A stretch of DNA of 64,000 nt from Epithemia pelagica. Lineage: Eukaryota > Protista > Bacillariophyta. Shown piece after piece: positions 1 to 11,741 of this stretch (position 1 is its first letter; each line of letters begins with the position of its first letter). The translations under genes and the position numbers were made by a program. Under the pieces are notes generated by a model. It did not search any database. It saw nothing but the letters and a program-made list of their open reading frames with translations, and had not been told where the DNA came from. The DNA is taken from assembly GCA_946965045.2 (NCBI GenBank), contig OX337231.1, positions 3,962,360 to 4,026,359 of the forward strand. Reading direction: 5' to 3'.

Positions 1-1527
1 AGAGAGAATCGAGAGAGGGAGAGAGCAATGACTTCTTGTGTCGTCCTTCGTCCTTGCGTTTGTTCTTTGCCGTGATGGTTTCGGAGTAAAGAGTTGATTG
101 CGGATGGATCTTTTTGGTCCGTGTCGAAGACATTGGGACAAGCTGCTGTGTCTCCCTTCAAATTCTTGGCGGCCATCGTCTCTGTCGCTCACCGAATGTG
201 TTTGCTTTTTCGCACCTCTCGCAATCTCCCTGAGAGTCTCTCCAAACTCTGAGGATTTTCAATTTTCAAACGTTCCGTCTACAATCTGTTTCACACTACT
301 CTTCCGTTGGAAGTTGGAATGTTCCGAGTTCTGATCGCCCAAAGCGAACGAAACGCGACTCCAAAACGATCGACGAATCGACCTCGGAGGATAGGTAGTA
401 CACGCAGTTTTTTTTTTGCTTTCTAGCAGCGGAGTAACCTTAGGAATACCTACTCCTCTATGCTCTAGAGGAGTAGTTTGTTTCGGTTTGTTATTCTTTG
501 GTGTACCCAGACCATGCCTACGTTCGGTCGTCCTATCCAACAAGGAGGAGGAGCTCCAGTTGCGAGCTCTCTCTATTCGAGAGAAACATCCCAAGCTCTA
601 GAGCAATAGGTAGACGGAATCCCTTTGCTTTCTACCTAGCTACCTAGCTACCTAGCTACTAGAGAGCTGTTGCATCAACCATCAACGGTGTCGTTCTTGA
701 CGGAGAAAGCACCAACTGGTGGTTCGCGTGTTTCATTGTTGAGATTTATTGCGTCCGGGTAGGGAGATATGGAGAGATGGAGCGATGAGACTGTAAAGAC
801 ACACGCGCAACTCGGCAGCAACGATTGCACTCCATGGTGCAACCCTCTGCATCACGAGTGTACAAGATTATAGGAGATGCTCCGGATCGACTTTCGGAAT
901 ATCGAGCGGCTGTAGTTTTCATTCAGTTAGAAAGAATGATGTGTTTCGTGGAGTCAAACTCTCGAAAGTGGATGGAACGAGTAGGTGTGCGCGCCAGCCC
1001 AGTTTCCCAACGAACCTCTCGTTGCTCACAAATAATACGCCAACAATTGTCCCAAAACGCAATCTCGAACAGCCATGGTCCTCTTTCATGTATTCATTAT
1101 TGATTGAGATGGAGTCCATTCATTGGGACCAACGAATTAAATCGGATGCACCACACATACCCAAACATCACACACACCCAAGCCAAGTCGGCAGAGTCCC
1201 AATCGACTCGTTTTGCCAAATACTCTCCAGCCAAGTCTCGGTTTGAGACGGCCAGGACTCTTGGTCTCGTAGTTTTCACACCGTCGACACGGAGAGAGTG
1301 TCTCATGGTGATGGTGGTGATCCGCAGGTAATCACTGCAGCTACTCTCTTTTTTCTCTTGCTGCATCATTTATTGTTCTTGGTTCCTAACAACCACTAGT
1401 GATTGACTGCATCTCGAGGTCTCTCTCGTTGTTTCTGCTTTGATCGACTCATTGTTCAAAGACCAGACAGACACACATATACACACACTCAAAACTGGTT
1501 GGTTGGTTCCTGTGCTCACTCTCCAAA

Positions 1528-2469
1528 ATGCCTACGAAACGAAGCCATAGAGAGGAGCATCACTGGCAGGAGAAGGTGCACATTATTGAAGCCACGGCCG
1601 AAGAAGTGGCTCGTGCTTCGACTCGATGCCACCCTCAAAAGACTACAAACGCAGCCGCAGCAACAACATGTCCCAAGAGAAAACACTGCTGCACTACTAC
1701 TTCTTCTACTTTGTGTTGTTCCAAACCAAGAGTCGATGATCCACAGCCAGCCCGAACCAACAACGACAACAATGACTGGGCAACGTGGCACACATCCGTC
1801 TTGACGTCCTTTGTGGCACAACCATCCTTGGAGCAACAACCGCAATCACCATCCTTCTCTCCTCAAGACTTGCTACTGCAGCAGCAGCAGCAGCCTGCCG
1901 ATTGGGTCGTTCATGCCTTTGAACAAGCCTCCTTGCGGGCGCAACAACATGCCTGCCAGCTCGTCCAACACGAAGTGGCACGAGTCCATGCCCAATTTCA
2001 AGACTGGATCGAGTTGCAGCAGCAGGAACAGCAGGACGTTAAGGAAGAAGAGGAGGAGAAACACGACGATCCTGTTACTAACCAGCCAAACAACAGCAGG
2101 CACAAAGATCCCTCCAGCAGCTCTCGTGGTCGCAAACGACGCCGCTTGTTGAATCATCCTTCCACTCTTTATCATTCTTCTTTGCCTGTCCCACACAACC
2201 ACAACGACGACAATGACGAAACGAATGAGGATTGGTTGTGGCATCAAGCTCGTCGGAGTCAACGCATGATGGATTTAGTCTCCACCTTACAACAGGTACA
2301 TGGTCGATTGTTGGATGAATTGGCCGCCTGTGCCGACGATGCTGAAGTACGATCATCCTCTGTTGGTTCTGGTTCGTCGTTACCGTTGCCACGAGGGGTG
2401 CCGCAAGGATCGGTCTGCAAGAACCACGACAGCACGAACAAGAAGGGAGACAAAACATCCTGTAGCTAG
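1528..2469 (+). CDS. Hypothetical low-complexity protein (313 aa; Q/E-rich, predicted coiled-coil segments)
   Basis: ATG-initiated ORF with helical-looking blocks (DWVVHAFEQASLRAQQHACQLVQHEVARVHAQFQDW; WLWHQARRSQRMMDLVSTLQQVHGRLLDELA). No family recognised. Confidence 0.45.
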   Translation: MPTKRSHREEHHWQEKVHIIEATAEEVARASTRCHPQKTTNAAAATTCPKRKHCCTTTSSTLCCSKPRVDDPQPARTNNDNNDWATWHTSVLTSFVAQPSLEQQPQSPSFSPQDLLLQQQQQPADWVVHAFEQASLRAQQHACQLVQHEVARVHAQFQDWIELQQQEQQDVKEEEEEKHDDPVTNQPNNSRHKDPSSSSRGRKRRRLLNHPSTLYHSSLPVPHNHNDDNDETNEDWLWHQARRSQRMMDLVSTLQQVHGRLLDELAACADDAEVRSSSVGSGSSLPLPRGVPQGSVCKNHDSTNKKGDKTSCS

Positions 2470-4184
2470 CAAAGTAGAAGGAATTCTAGGGGGAATGCAT
2501 TCCTGGCTGGTTTGTCGTTGTTACTTTTGGCGTGTCGCTCGCGTGCCAATCCTTCATGCGTTTGTCAAAGAAACAAGTAGTGATCTTCCCATCCCATTAT
2601 TTCTACTAGCAACGCACGCCTGATCCGTGCGTTCTCGGTTGTGATTTGCAAAAAGTGTTCCGTGTCATGTGCATCTATTGTCGGGGGACTCGAGAAATGA
2701 CAATTCGTGTGCAGTTGATAGAGTTCGTCCAGAAAGATGCAGAGACTCGCTGACTCTTACGGCTCTGTGCTCACCTGTAAATACGATAGCAGCACGGAAA
2801 GAACGATATATTGGGGCACTGGGTTGAAGATTTCCAAACTTTTAGTGTCACAGCGCTTGTCAAGAGTTGCGATTCGACTACGACAAACAAAACAATCTCA
2901 TGATGCCATGTCATCCCGCAGCTCTCTTGTCGGCAACCGTATGTTGGACTGGCATGCCACCAATCAATTTGGGGTACAACCACGTCATGGTCTCGTGGAC
3001 CTGTCACCACCAGAGAAGAGTTGTACAAAGTCATTGTGCGTCTCTCCAGTGTTTCTGCTGCAGTTGCGGCGAGGTGTAGTGACCACCTTATCATGCAGCA
3101 CTTGTATGCTCAAGACTAGAGCCATGCCTTCTCCATTGATTTGGGGAGACTCACATGCATACATGCGTCATTTCCGACCAAATCACGTTTCTTTACAAGT
3201 ATCGGATCGACTCAAATACGGTTTGAAAAACCTCGGGTCCACAAAGTCGCCAAGACCACGAAAATCACTAACGTGACACGGAAGGAAAGAAAACGATGAG
3301 ACTGGTTTCCACAGTGCGACCAACCAGCACGGTACAGAGTGTGGCCGTGACGAAACAAAGACCATCAGAACTTTACGAGTGTGGTCCAACAGCAATGGTC
3401 GATGGATTCGGACGGGAGATAGAACTTCCAAACAAGCATGCCGTTGCCACGTTCCTGTCCTTCGGTTGGGACCTTTGTTTCAGCCATTGACGTAAAAGCA
3501 AAAATATGAAACCGAGTACAAGTCTCAAACGACTGACCATACAACTTCAAGCCAACGTCGCTGGTAAAATAACAACGGAATTCCACGATAAATCACGAAA
3601 CCGGAGAGATCTTGCGTAGATGCTTTTGCAAAGCAGGCATGAAAACGAGGCGTGCAACCAAGCGGCGTTATCATGCCTGCTTTGCAAACCAAAACAGCTT
3701 CGCTTTGAATGGTGCATACTTTCCATCGCATTGATACAGTCGGATGTTTTTTGCATCTCATTTCCAATGACTATTCCCGAAGCGAGATGACTTGTCCGGC
3801 TCGATAGAAAATTTAATGACTCCCCCGTCTGAAGCAAAGGTAGAGACTGCATGTGCAGTACTCGACACAGGCAATAGAGCAAACTCCATTGGAAAACGAA
3901 CATGAGCGGAACGTGGGTTCGTCCAGACTTCACTTTGTTGCTCTCTCTGTAGAAAATGTGAGAGCGCCAGAGTCAAACGGCTCGCAGAGCTGCGCGTGTC
4001 CTTTTTTTGGTCCCGATATCGGTAAGTAAATGTTAAACAAAGTTAACGGTCATCCTATGTTTGTAGCCGGCCTGCGTTGATCACATACGAATTGCCGTTG
4101 CGAGCGACCCTAGATACTGGAAGAGTAAAAGAGGTGCAAAGTCTCTCATGTTTCTCATTGTCGGCCATGCCCATTTTGATCTTG

Positions 4185-4499
4185 GATCTTGGGCCATCCA
4201 GAACCAAACTCTTTTGCGCACGAGAGCGGTCCATCCACATGAAATCGGGCCCCGAACACACAAGCACACTCTTAGCTAGCTTCCACATTTGCGTGTAACA
4301 TATATTTCTGGAACTAATCTAGGTAGTAAGAATTCCATGTCCAGCTTTTGATCTTGGGCCATCTCTCTAGAACCAAACTCTTGGCGCACAAGCGGTCCAT
4401 CCATGAGAAATCTGGCCCCGAACACACAAGCACACTACTAGCTATTAGCTTCCACAGATGCGTGTAACATTTATATTTCTGGAACTAATCTAGGTAGTA
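4185..4499. repeat. Diverged tandem duplication, two units of about 145-150 bp (4185-4328, 4350-4499)
   Basis: Both units run from gatcttgggccat...agaaccaaactc to tttctggaactaatctaggtagta, with scattered substitutions and indels. Confidence 0.85.
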
Positions 4500-4615
4500 T
4501 TCAGCATTTTGTTCTTCCCAATCTCGTCTGTCGTTTGATTCGTTGGCTCCCCGACAAACGGTTTTCCCACAGCGCTCTCGTTCTCTCTCCTTGACACGTT
4601 TGGTCGACTCGTTTC

Positions 4616-7507
4616 TTAGGGATCTGTTCGAGTGGCGCGAGCGGACCTCGGTTCCTGGGTGTCTCGCGTGGCAGCAGCGGATGCCTGGCGACGACCACCG
4701 GGTGGTATGGAGGGAACTGGTGGAGGAGGATATCCTCGACTCATGCGCATCATCATCATGCGCAAATCTTCCGGCGGCAACTCCCACGGTTGCGCGTAGG
4801 GATTCACCGTAACCGGAGGCATCCATTTCCAATATTCGACGCGCTGAGTGCCCTCGATGCGTACCGTCTTGCCCACTCGGCCATCTTCTCGGATATCCCG
4901 AACGACATGAGGCCATATTTGTGTCACGAGAATTTCTCGATCGCGACGCGACATTTCGTGCAACTTCCACGCCATGTCCTGACACAACCAATTGGAGGAG
5001 ACTTGGCCCGCCATTTCATCCTCCTCGTCATTCTTGGACAAGGCCAGTGCCGCTTCTTCTTGCAACCGCATGTGCACGTGATGACGGACCGTCAACACCT
5101 TTTGTTCTCGGTCTTGTCGCTGCTGTCGTTGGACAAACCTGCGGTACACGGATGTCGCCAAGGCCACCAAACTCACCGAGGTGAGACCGACGTACAAGGG
5201 CGACACACTCAAGGCCGAAAAGAACAAGAAGAGACTCTGTTGCGTGAGTTCCCACACGGCGACCAGCACCACACTGAGAATGGCCGTCACAAAAAAGACG
5301 ATTCCCACGACAATGCGACCATAATAACAGAGACGTGGAATCTGCACTGGCATGTCGGGATGCAAGGCGATCCACATGTCTTGGGTGTCCTTGTCCAGTT
5401 CCAATACAAATCGAGCATAGTACGGGACAGTGCCGACCACAGCGCCACCATTCCATTGTTGCAGCTGTTGCTTGGCTCGTTGCTTTTGTTGTTTGGCAGG
5501 AATCGCCTTGAGATGCGGAGATGACGATGTCAAATTGGCCAAATACAACAATTGCAAGTCGTAACCACATTCCAGTTCCCCAACGACTCGACTGTAGTGA
5601 AAGAATGGCCGGTTGGTCCAAGTTCCCACGGTATGATTGGCATCTATATTCCCTTCGACTTGACAGTAGGATTGAACGGTCCAATCATGCAACAATTGGT
5701 GCACCGCGTCCATGGTTGCGTTGGCTTCTTCCGACAAGTAACACGATCCTTCATGGACTTGGTGCAGGCGAGGGCAACTCACGATACGGCCGCCACGACA
5801 ATGCGCATGTCGAGGACAGGGAACCCATTCAATCACCCGTTCCTGGATTGCAGGCACTACATCGGTTTCGTTGACATTGGTTTCCACGTCTTGGTTCTCT
5901 GTCTCCTCGGAATCATCGTCCAGTTCGTGTTCCGTCGACACTGGTACACACTGCGGATCCAGTTCCACAGTGTCGTTGTTCCCCTCGTCGTCTTGTGGAC
6001 TGTCCAAAAAGCACTGCACCACGACCGCCGTTCCGAATTCCCTCTGGCCCGTCACGGAGTGCCACATCCACTGGACCAATTGGAGGGAGGAGACGCCTTG
6101 TGGATGATAGCCCGCCAAGACAACCGACAACCAAACGACCAAGCCGGTCAAGACGAGGGGTCCCCAAAAAATGACTTGTTTGCGCCGCCATTGACGGGCC
6201 CGTTCTTGTTCCGCCTGTCGTCGACGCTGATACGCGGCCGCATCTGCTTGCGCTTGCTGCAATCGTTCGCGGTCGCGGCGTTCCGCAATGACTTGCAAGG
6301 CTTGTTGCCGCAACTCTTCATTCACGTCGTCGTCGTCATCGTCATCATCATCATCGTAGTCATCATCCTCCAAATCTTCTTGACGTTCCAATTCCTGATA
6401 CATGCGCTCCAAGGAATGGACACTTCGAATGGAGCTGGTTCCGGGAGTAGTTGTGGTAGTCGAAAAGTTGGCGGGAGGTTCTGGTTTGGCAGCTGCTGCG
6501 ACTGCCGCAGGGGCCGAAGATGGTGGAAGGGGAATTTCTTGTGGATCCGAGCTCTTTGGGCGATTGCTCGAGCGTGTCTGGGGTCGAATGGCAATTGTGG
6601 GAGGATCGGGTGAGGAAACTGCCGCGGAGGACGAGGTTGCCGGTGCAGCACCAGCTGCTGGTGGCTCGGCCTTGGAGGCCTTTTTGGTATTGACAGAAGG
6701 AGACGATGCCGACGGCAAATGAGGCAGAGGTGGAATCGGAATGGTCGCTTGAGTGGGAGGATCATCCTTGGCCAAGGTCACCATGGGCGATCCAAAGGGC
6801 GGTTTGGTGGTGAGGGCCTTCTTTTTGGCCGATTGACGCGTAGTTCGAGTCGGGGGACGCGGCGGTGTATGAGCGGCTGCCAGAGGGACTGTGGAGGGAC
6901 GGGTCTCTCCAGCAGCAGAGGACGACGACGATGATGGTGGTTCGGAAGCCGTGACGGGCGGTGGGGCGGTCCGTTTCGGTGCACTGTTCTTGGCGGCTGC
7001 CGGAGCATCTTGGGTTCGTTTTCGGGACGGTGTGGGGGCGGTCGGAGGCTTGGTAGTCGTACTCGTACGACTCTTAGTCGTTCCATGCGTCCCTTCGGGT
7101 TCAGCCGCCTTGGACGAATGTTGGGCCGCTGCGGTCGATCGCGTGGTTCGAGTGCTCACAGTGGAAGCAGAAGGTGCTGCTGCGGCAGTGGACGATCGAG
7201 TGGGTCGATGAATGACCACCTCCGCATTGTCGTTGGAGGCCACCGAGGGTTGTTTCGTGGGTGGTGGGCCTCGCCTCGGTGATGCAGCCGTGGTGGTTGG
7301 TCGAACACGTTTCGTCGTGGGTGCGGAAGAAGGTGGAGGCGCCGTTGTGTGAGGAGTAGTCGTCGATCCTCCGGTTTCGGCCTTGCGTTTTCGCAAGGTG
7401 CGAGCGGCAAACTGTTCGGCTCGTTGTGCCGCCAAGCGTCGTTTTTCGGCCTGTTCGGCTCGACGACGTTGGGCTTCTTCCTTGGTTTCACCCGTGGCGT
7501 TGTTCAT
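4616..7507 (-). CDS. MAN1/Src1(Heh)-like inner nuclear membrane protein (963 aa)
   Basis: Long disordered basic N-terminus, then TM1 (VIFWGPLVLTGLVVWLSVVLAGY). Lumenal Cys motif VPCPRHAHCRGGRIVSCPRLHQVHEGSC matches the Man1-Src1p C-terminal domain. A second hydrophobic region precedes a winged-helix-like end (IWPHVVRDIREDGRVGKTVRIEGTQRVEYWKW). Confidence 0.8.
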   Translation of the reverse strand: MNNATGETKEEAQRRRAEQAEKRRLAAQRAEQFAARTLRKRKAETGGSTTTPHTTAPPPSSAPTTKRVRPTTTAASPRRGPPPTKQPSVASNDNAEVVIHRPTRSSTAAAAPSASTVSTRTTRSTAAAQHSSKAAEPEGTHGTTKSRTSTTTKPPTAPTPSRKRTQDAPAAAKNSAPKRTAPPPVTASEPPSSSSSSAAGETRPSTVPLAAAHTPPRPPTRTTRQSAKKKALTTKPPFGSPMVTLAKDDPPTQATIPIPPLPHLPSASSPSVNTKKASKAEPPAAGAAPATSSSAAVSSPDPPTIAIRPQTRSSNRPKSSDPQEIPLPPSSAPAAVAAAAKPEPPANFSTTTTTPGTSSIRSVHSLERMYQELERQEDLEDDDYDDDDDDDDDDVNEELRQQALQVIAERRDRERLQQAQADAAAYQRRRQAEQERARQWRRKQVIFWGPLVLTGLVVWLSVVLAGYHPQGVSSLQLVQWMWHSVTGQREFGTAVVVQCFLDSPQDDEGNNDTVELDPQCVPVSTEHELDDDSEETENQDVETNVNETDVVPAIQERVIEWVPCPRHAHCRGGRIVSCPRLHQVHEGSCYLSEEANATMDAVHQLLHDWTVQSYCQVEGNIDANHTVGTWTNRPFFHYSRVVGELECGYDLQLLYLANLTSSSPHLKAIPAKQQKQRAKQQLQQWNGGAVVGTVPYYARFVLELDKDTQDMWIALHPDMPVQIPRLCYYGRIVVGIVFFVTAILSVVLVAVWELTQQSLFLFFSALSVSPLYVGLTSVSLVALATSVYRRFVQRQQRQDREQKVLTVRHHVHMRLQEEAALALSKNDEEDEMAGQVSSNWLCQDMAWKLHEMSRRDREILVTQIWPHVVRDIREDGRVGKTVRIEGTQRVEYWKWMPPVTVNPYAQPWELPPEDLRMMMMRMSRGYPPPPVPSIPPGGRRQASAAATRDTQEPRSARATRTDP

Positions 7508-8418
7508 GATTCTTCTTCTTCACTGAATGATAAGAATATGAGCTGATGCAATAATCGTAGAGTGGGATTGATGGGTTCGTTCCACAGCCGGAACAAAGGC
7601 GCGCAAGGCTCCAAGTGAAGCAAGAAATGCCGGAAGGTGCTCGTGCTGGTGGTGCTTTTTTGGTTGGAACCGACAATGCCAGTCTCTGTCGATCGATCCA
7701 ATCCGCAAAACCAACAACCACGACACAACTGGAACCAAGAGACTCTTTCGTTCTGTCTCCCTCTGTCTCTCTCTCTGTTGCTTGCTTCTTCTCGTTGGGG
7801 TATGTGGATGGATCGTCGTCTCCCCAAAGTCTATCAAGAAAGTAGATGGATATTGACAACAATGAGAGGAATGAGCGAATTTGGGAGGGAGACGCGCGCA
7901 TCCACCACGAAGCGACATTTGCAAGACACATCTCTACACTAAGACAAAAAGTACTCTCGGCCAGATGGACCGTGTCGCTCGTTTTTGGCCTGTCTCAGCG
8001 GCACTGCTTCCTCTCGTTTGGAACTATCCTTGCTATTGTATTGTTATGTCGCCATGGTGTTGTTCTTACTCCTCTAGGAGTAGGATGCCACACGTTGCTT
8101 GCTCCAAAATTAAGACATGATGGAGTCCTTGGTGATCCCACACGAGTGCTTCTACACAAAGAGGTCTAGAGAAGAAATGCCTGTAACAAGAATGAGATCT
8201 ATCTACTACTAGCTAGAGGGAATTTGCACCGGTCAACTTAATGCCGATGGGATTCCACCATGTAACAGAGGAGAATCCAGTACGATTCTGTGGATCGAAT
8301 ATATTGTGTGTGGTTTGGGGGGGTCTGTTTGTGTGCAGAGTGAGGTATAGAGCATTGTTCCATTCATTCATTCCTGTCCATGGCCATACGATTTATACAA
8401 GGGAACTGCGCTGATTAA

Positions 8419-9483
8419 CTATTCTTCTTCGGACACTTTGATAAAAAAGACCACCACTGACGATGGCACCCAAGAAGTTTGCTGGTGGTCTGGTTCGGGC
8501 TGTTGCGTCATGTTCTTGTTGTCGTCGTTGTCGTTGGGACCACCCGAGAACTTGTCCTTGTCGTTGTTGTTGTCCTTGTCGTTTTGTTCGTTTTCTCCTT
8601 CTTCTTCTTCTTTTTCTTGGACACTTGTTGACTCGCTAGTGTCGTTGTTGTTGGAAGAAGAAGGACTGGTGGTGTTGGAGGCTGCTGCCCCAGCAGAGAA
8701 TGGCTGTTGTGCCGACATTGGCTGCTCTCTTACTTCTACGGCACCATTGCCCAATCCTGTTCCTCCTGGTAACGACTCTTCCTCCAGTGCGCTGGGGTAA
8801 TAGACCAACCAATTGGGTGCTTGTGCTTGTGCTGCTGGTCCATGATGACGACCTTTTTTGTGGTGGTGGTTGTGAATGGGAACCGAATAATGGCGTTGTA
8901 CATAGTCCATGGCATCCTGAACGCAGGATTGAAACTCCTGATACGACGATGACGATGACGACGAACCCTCTCTTTCTCCTCCTCGCGATTCGTTACCAGA
9001 CGACGAAAGCGTATACACTTTGGAAAGCCAAGTTCCCGACAAGTATTCCACGTGAAAGGAAGATGAAGATGATGGTGAAATTGTTGGTGTTGAAGAAGAA
9101 CCACTGGAGGTTACAGACGATGGGGATATTGCTGTGGATGTGGGGGTTGGTGATGATTCGACTCCGGCTCCTGGTTCCGATTGTTGTTGTGGCTGTGGCT
9201 GCGACGAGGAGAGCAGCCATTCTGGATTCTGAATACTCACATATAATTTCGAACCCAACAGTCGACCAATGTCGGCAAAGGACTCACTCATAATCTTCCA
9301 GGTATCAGCTGCTATATTCGCATCGGTCTCTATCTCTTGTGGAACAACAGGAGACACGAGGATGTCGGTTTCTCTTCTGCAAAAATAGTAGTTGTTGGAG
9401 AGGCAGACGACGAAGAAGAAGAAGTGGCTTGTAGTGCAGGACCATTGGTGGAGGATGCCGTGTCGAGAATGGCCCCTCGACAA
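8419..9483 (-). pseudogene. Internally deleted paralog of the 776-aa gene at 26318-28648 (in-frame fusion SESF|ADIGRLLG)
   Basis: Shares IETDANIAADTWKIMSESF and the whole C-terminal part with 26318..28648 but lacks the middle region. Junction at about 9277. Confidence 0.75.
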
Positions 9484-10592
9484 AAGAATCTTCGTGGAGT
9501 CGTTGGCGTGGAGTCTTTTTCTTTGGGACTGTTACTGCACCACCACTTTCGGGACGGATATCGCTGCTCTTGAATGACGATGGGCCATCTTTTCTTTCAC
9601 TCACGACAGGATCTTCTTCTTCTTCGTCCTCTTGGTCCTTCTGGATGGCCGTGTTCATGGTGGTTTGCATTCCGAATCGCTTTCTCTCTCATTCAACGCG
9701 GATGAGAATGAGAAGAAGATATGATGCAATATGCAATGTCTGTGTACAACGGGAGGGGCTGCTGTGGTCAGTGATTATGTGCATGACGCCTGTGTGTCGT
9801 CCGCCGTCCGCTGCTTCCCGGTTGCAGATCGAAGTATAGACTGTTCTCTAGCTAGCGGTATTATTCAAAGGTTCTTCTCGAGAAGAACTTGTTTAGAGGG
9901 ATCCCTCTAAACAAGTTCCAAGGACAAGAGATACAGGTCACTTTGCTATTACAATACTGTTTCAAAACTATATGGTATAGTAGCATTGATGGCGCCAACT
10001 CAAGACTCGACTACGAGTATATAGCTGTCGTAGTCTCGCCTGTTGGATCGCCTTTTGACAAATAGATTGGAGGCCAGCAGCGCCTCTTCTCGAACAAGAA
10101 TACTGTTGGACACACCAGTTCTTCATATTTCTACACTGATGAGTGTGCACCAGTTCCTCATATTCCTACACTGATGAGTGTGCCTTCCTCCCATCTCAGG
10201 GGTGGCAACTGACAACTCTAGACGACGAGAGTCCGACCATTGACTCCCCAGCAAGACAGGCTCCCTCACAGATAACAAGCCTATACCGCAAAGCCAATGG
10301 ATCGACACATGGCATGATGTTGCCATGCATTCACCAGGAGAGCGCGCAGGATCATCAAACTCGGACGAAGGAGCATCTCCAACAAACCACACGGTACGTA
10401 CGTCTCACTTGCGTACACTCAAGGCCACATCCATTCATTTTCTTACAACGCAGGAGATAACAACGATGGTTGAAACAAGGAATCTTCTTGAACCAGTCTA
10501 GATGATTCGACCTCTCCATCCGGATCATTTTTGTTCCTGTCATGGCCATTAGTGCCATCCAGTTCCCCACACTGTTGTTTCTCAAAGACGAT
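9277..10592. repeat. Near-identical duplication of 17045-18360 (offset 7768)
   Basis: The ORF track gives identical or near-identical translations at a constant 7768 offset (9305/17073, 9570/17338, 10143/17911). Confidence 0.95.
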
Positions 10593-10869
10593 TTCGTGTT
10601 CTTCCTCCGCAGGATGATCGTCGGAAATAAGCGAGGGCGATGCGGAGTCACAATATTCTTCGGCTGTGACGATTATCTTTTCTTCCGTGACATGCTCTTC
10701 TTGCAATGACAACATGCCCTCAATTCCAGGACTCACACCTTCTTCTCCTTCTTCGTGGCCTTTTGGTGGAGAGTCATGTATGTGAACAGGACATGAGACA
10801 GGAGCCACTACGACCACTGCGTTTGACGTGGATTCCTCCTCTGGTCTGATTGGTGGTCCAGGTTGCCAT

Positions 10870-11445
10870 CACCTGACACAAGAACAGCCATGGTGGGTGG
10901 GTACTCGCCTGATCGTAGCGGTTGGCCACGTTCTGCTCAAACTCGTACCGTTTGTTGGCCTCTTCTCGTCCGCGCACGAAGCGATAAATGAGAGAAACAG
11001 ACAGACATAATGGCAAAACGACCCACAGTGGTCCGTAGTAGACAATGAATTTCAGCATATCCGATTGCTCCGTTCCCGAGAACCAGCACCACAGTTCAGT
11101 CGGATTGAACTGATCATGCGCCAGTTCTTCGCGCCAACTGCGATTTATGGCCGAGTAAGAATAGACGGCCGCACTTAAATTGTACATTGGAACGGCCGAG
11201 GCAAATGTCTGAAACAAAAAGGCTTGTGCTCGACAGGTTTGCATGCTGCCACTGGGCTGGAAGGTATTGGGATTGTGCACATCGCGAGGAATTGCCCAAC
11301 TTCCCACAACGTACATGGAGCTTGCGCCGATATCATAAATCGACATTCCCAGCAATATGTACAACAAGGTGGTTCGTCGACGTCCATTTTTTCTCCAAAT
11401 GTTGACAATAATCGAGAGAGGGATCCCAAAATCGACAGGGAGCCT
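10870..11445 (-). pseudogene. Fragmentary paralog of the GPCR at 29884-31992
   Basis: Encodes GIPLSIIVNIWRK...QAFLFQTFASAVPMYNLS...QFNPTELWCWFSG. An internal deletion removes part of TM4 and it is truncated at both ends; the 5' side is joined to the repeat element at about 11450. Confidence 0.85.
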
Positions 11446-11741
11446 TTGTTCTTGTCGTCGTCGTCGTCGTCGTCTTGGTTGTGATTGGACCGCCCGACGG
11501 TTGATTGTTGAGTAGTTGCGCTGTGTTGCTGCCCTCGACCCCTCGAGGTACGTGCGACATTGCCCCGACGGTGGGTGTTGCTGCCCTCGAACGGTTGATT
11601 GTTGTGCTCGTCTAAACCGACCCCGCTGCCTCGCACCTCGAGGGTCCGATCGCGAAACAACACGAAACGCCAACAACAACAACACGCAACAATCCAACAC
11701 GCACAAAAACAAAATTCGATTGACAAAAAATACGATTGACC

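Noticed and set aside
2737-4300. Several 60-180 aa ORFs
   Set aside because: No recognisable motifs or consistent frame; treated as intergenic or fully decayed.
4790-6613. Long plus-strand ORFs (244 aa, 353 aa) and similar antisense ORFs over the CRE, GPCR and primase genes
   Set aside because: Shadow ORFs opposite well-supported genes.
10095-10180. CTGATGAG twice in a ~36-bp tandem duplication (hammerhead core?)
   Set aside because: No GAAA after a stem II. It is a local duplication of a sequence that is single at about 29140.
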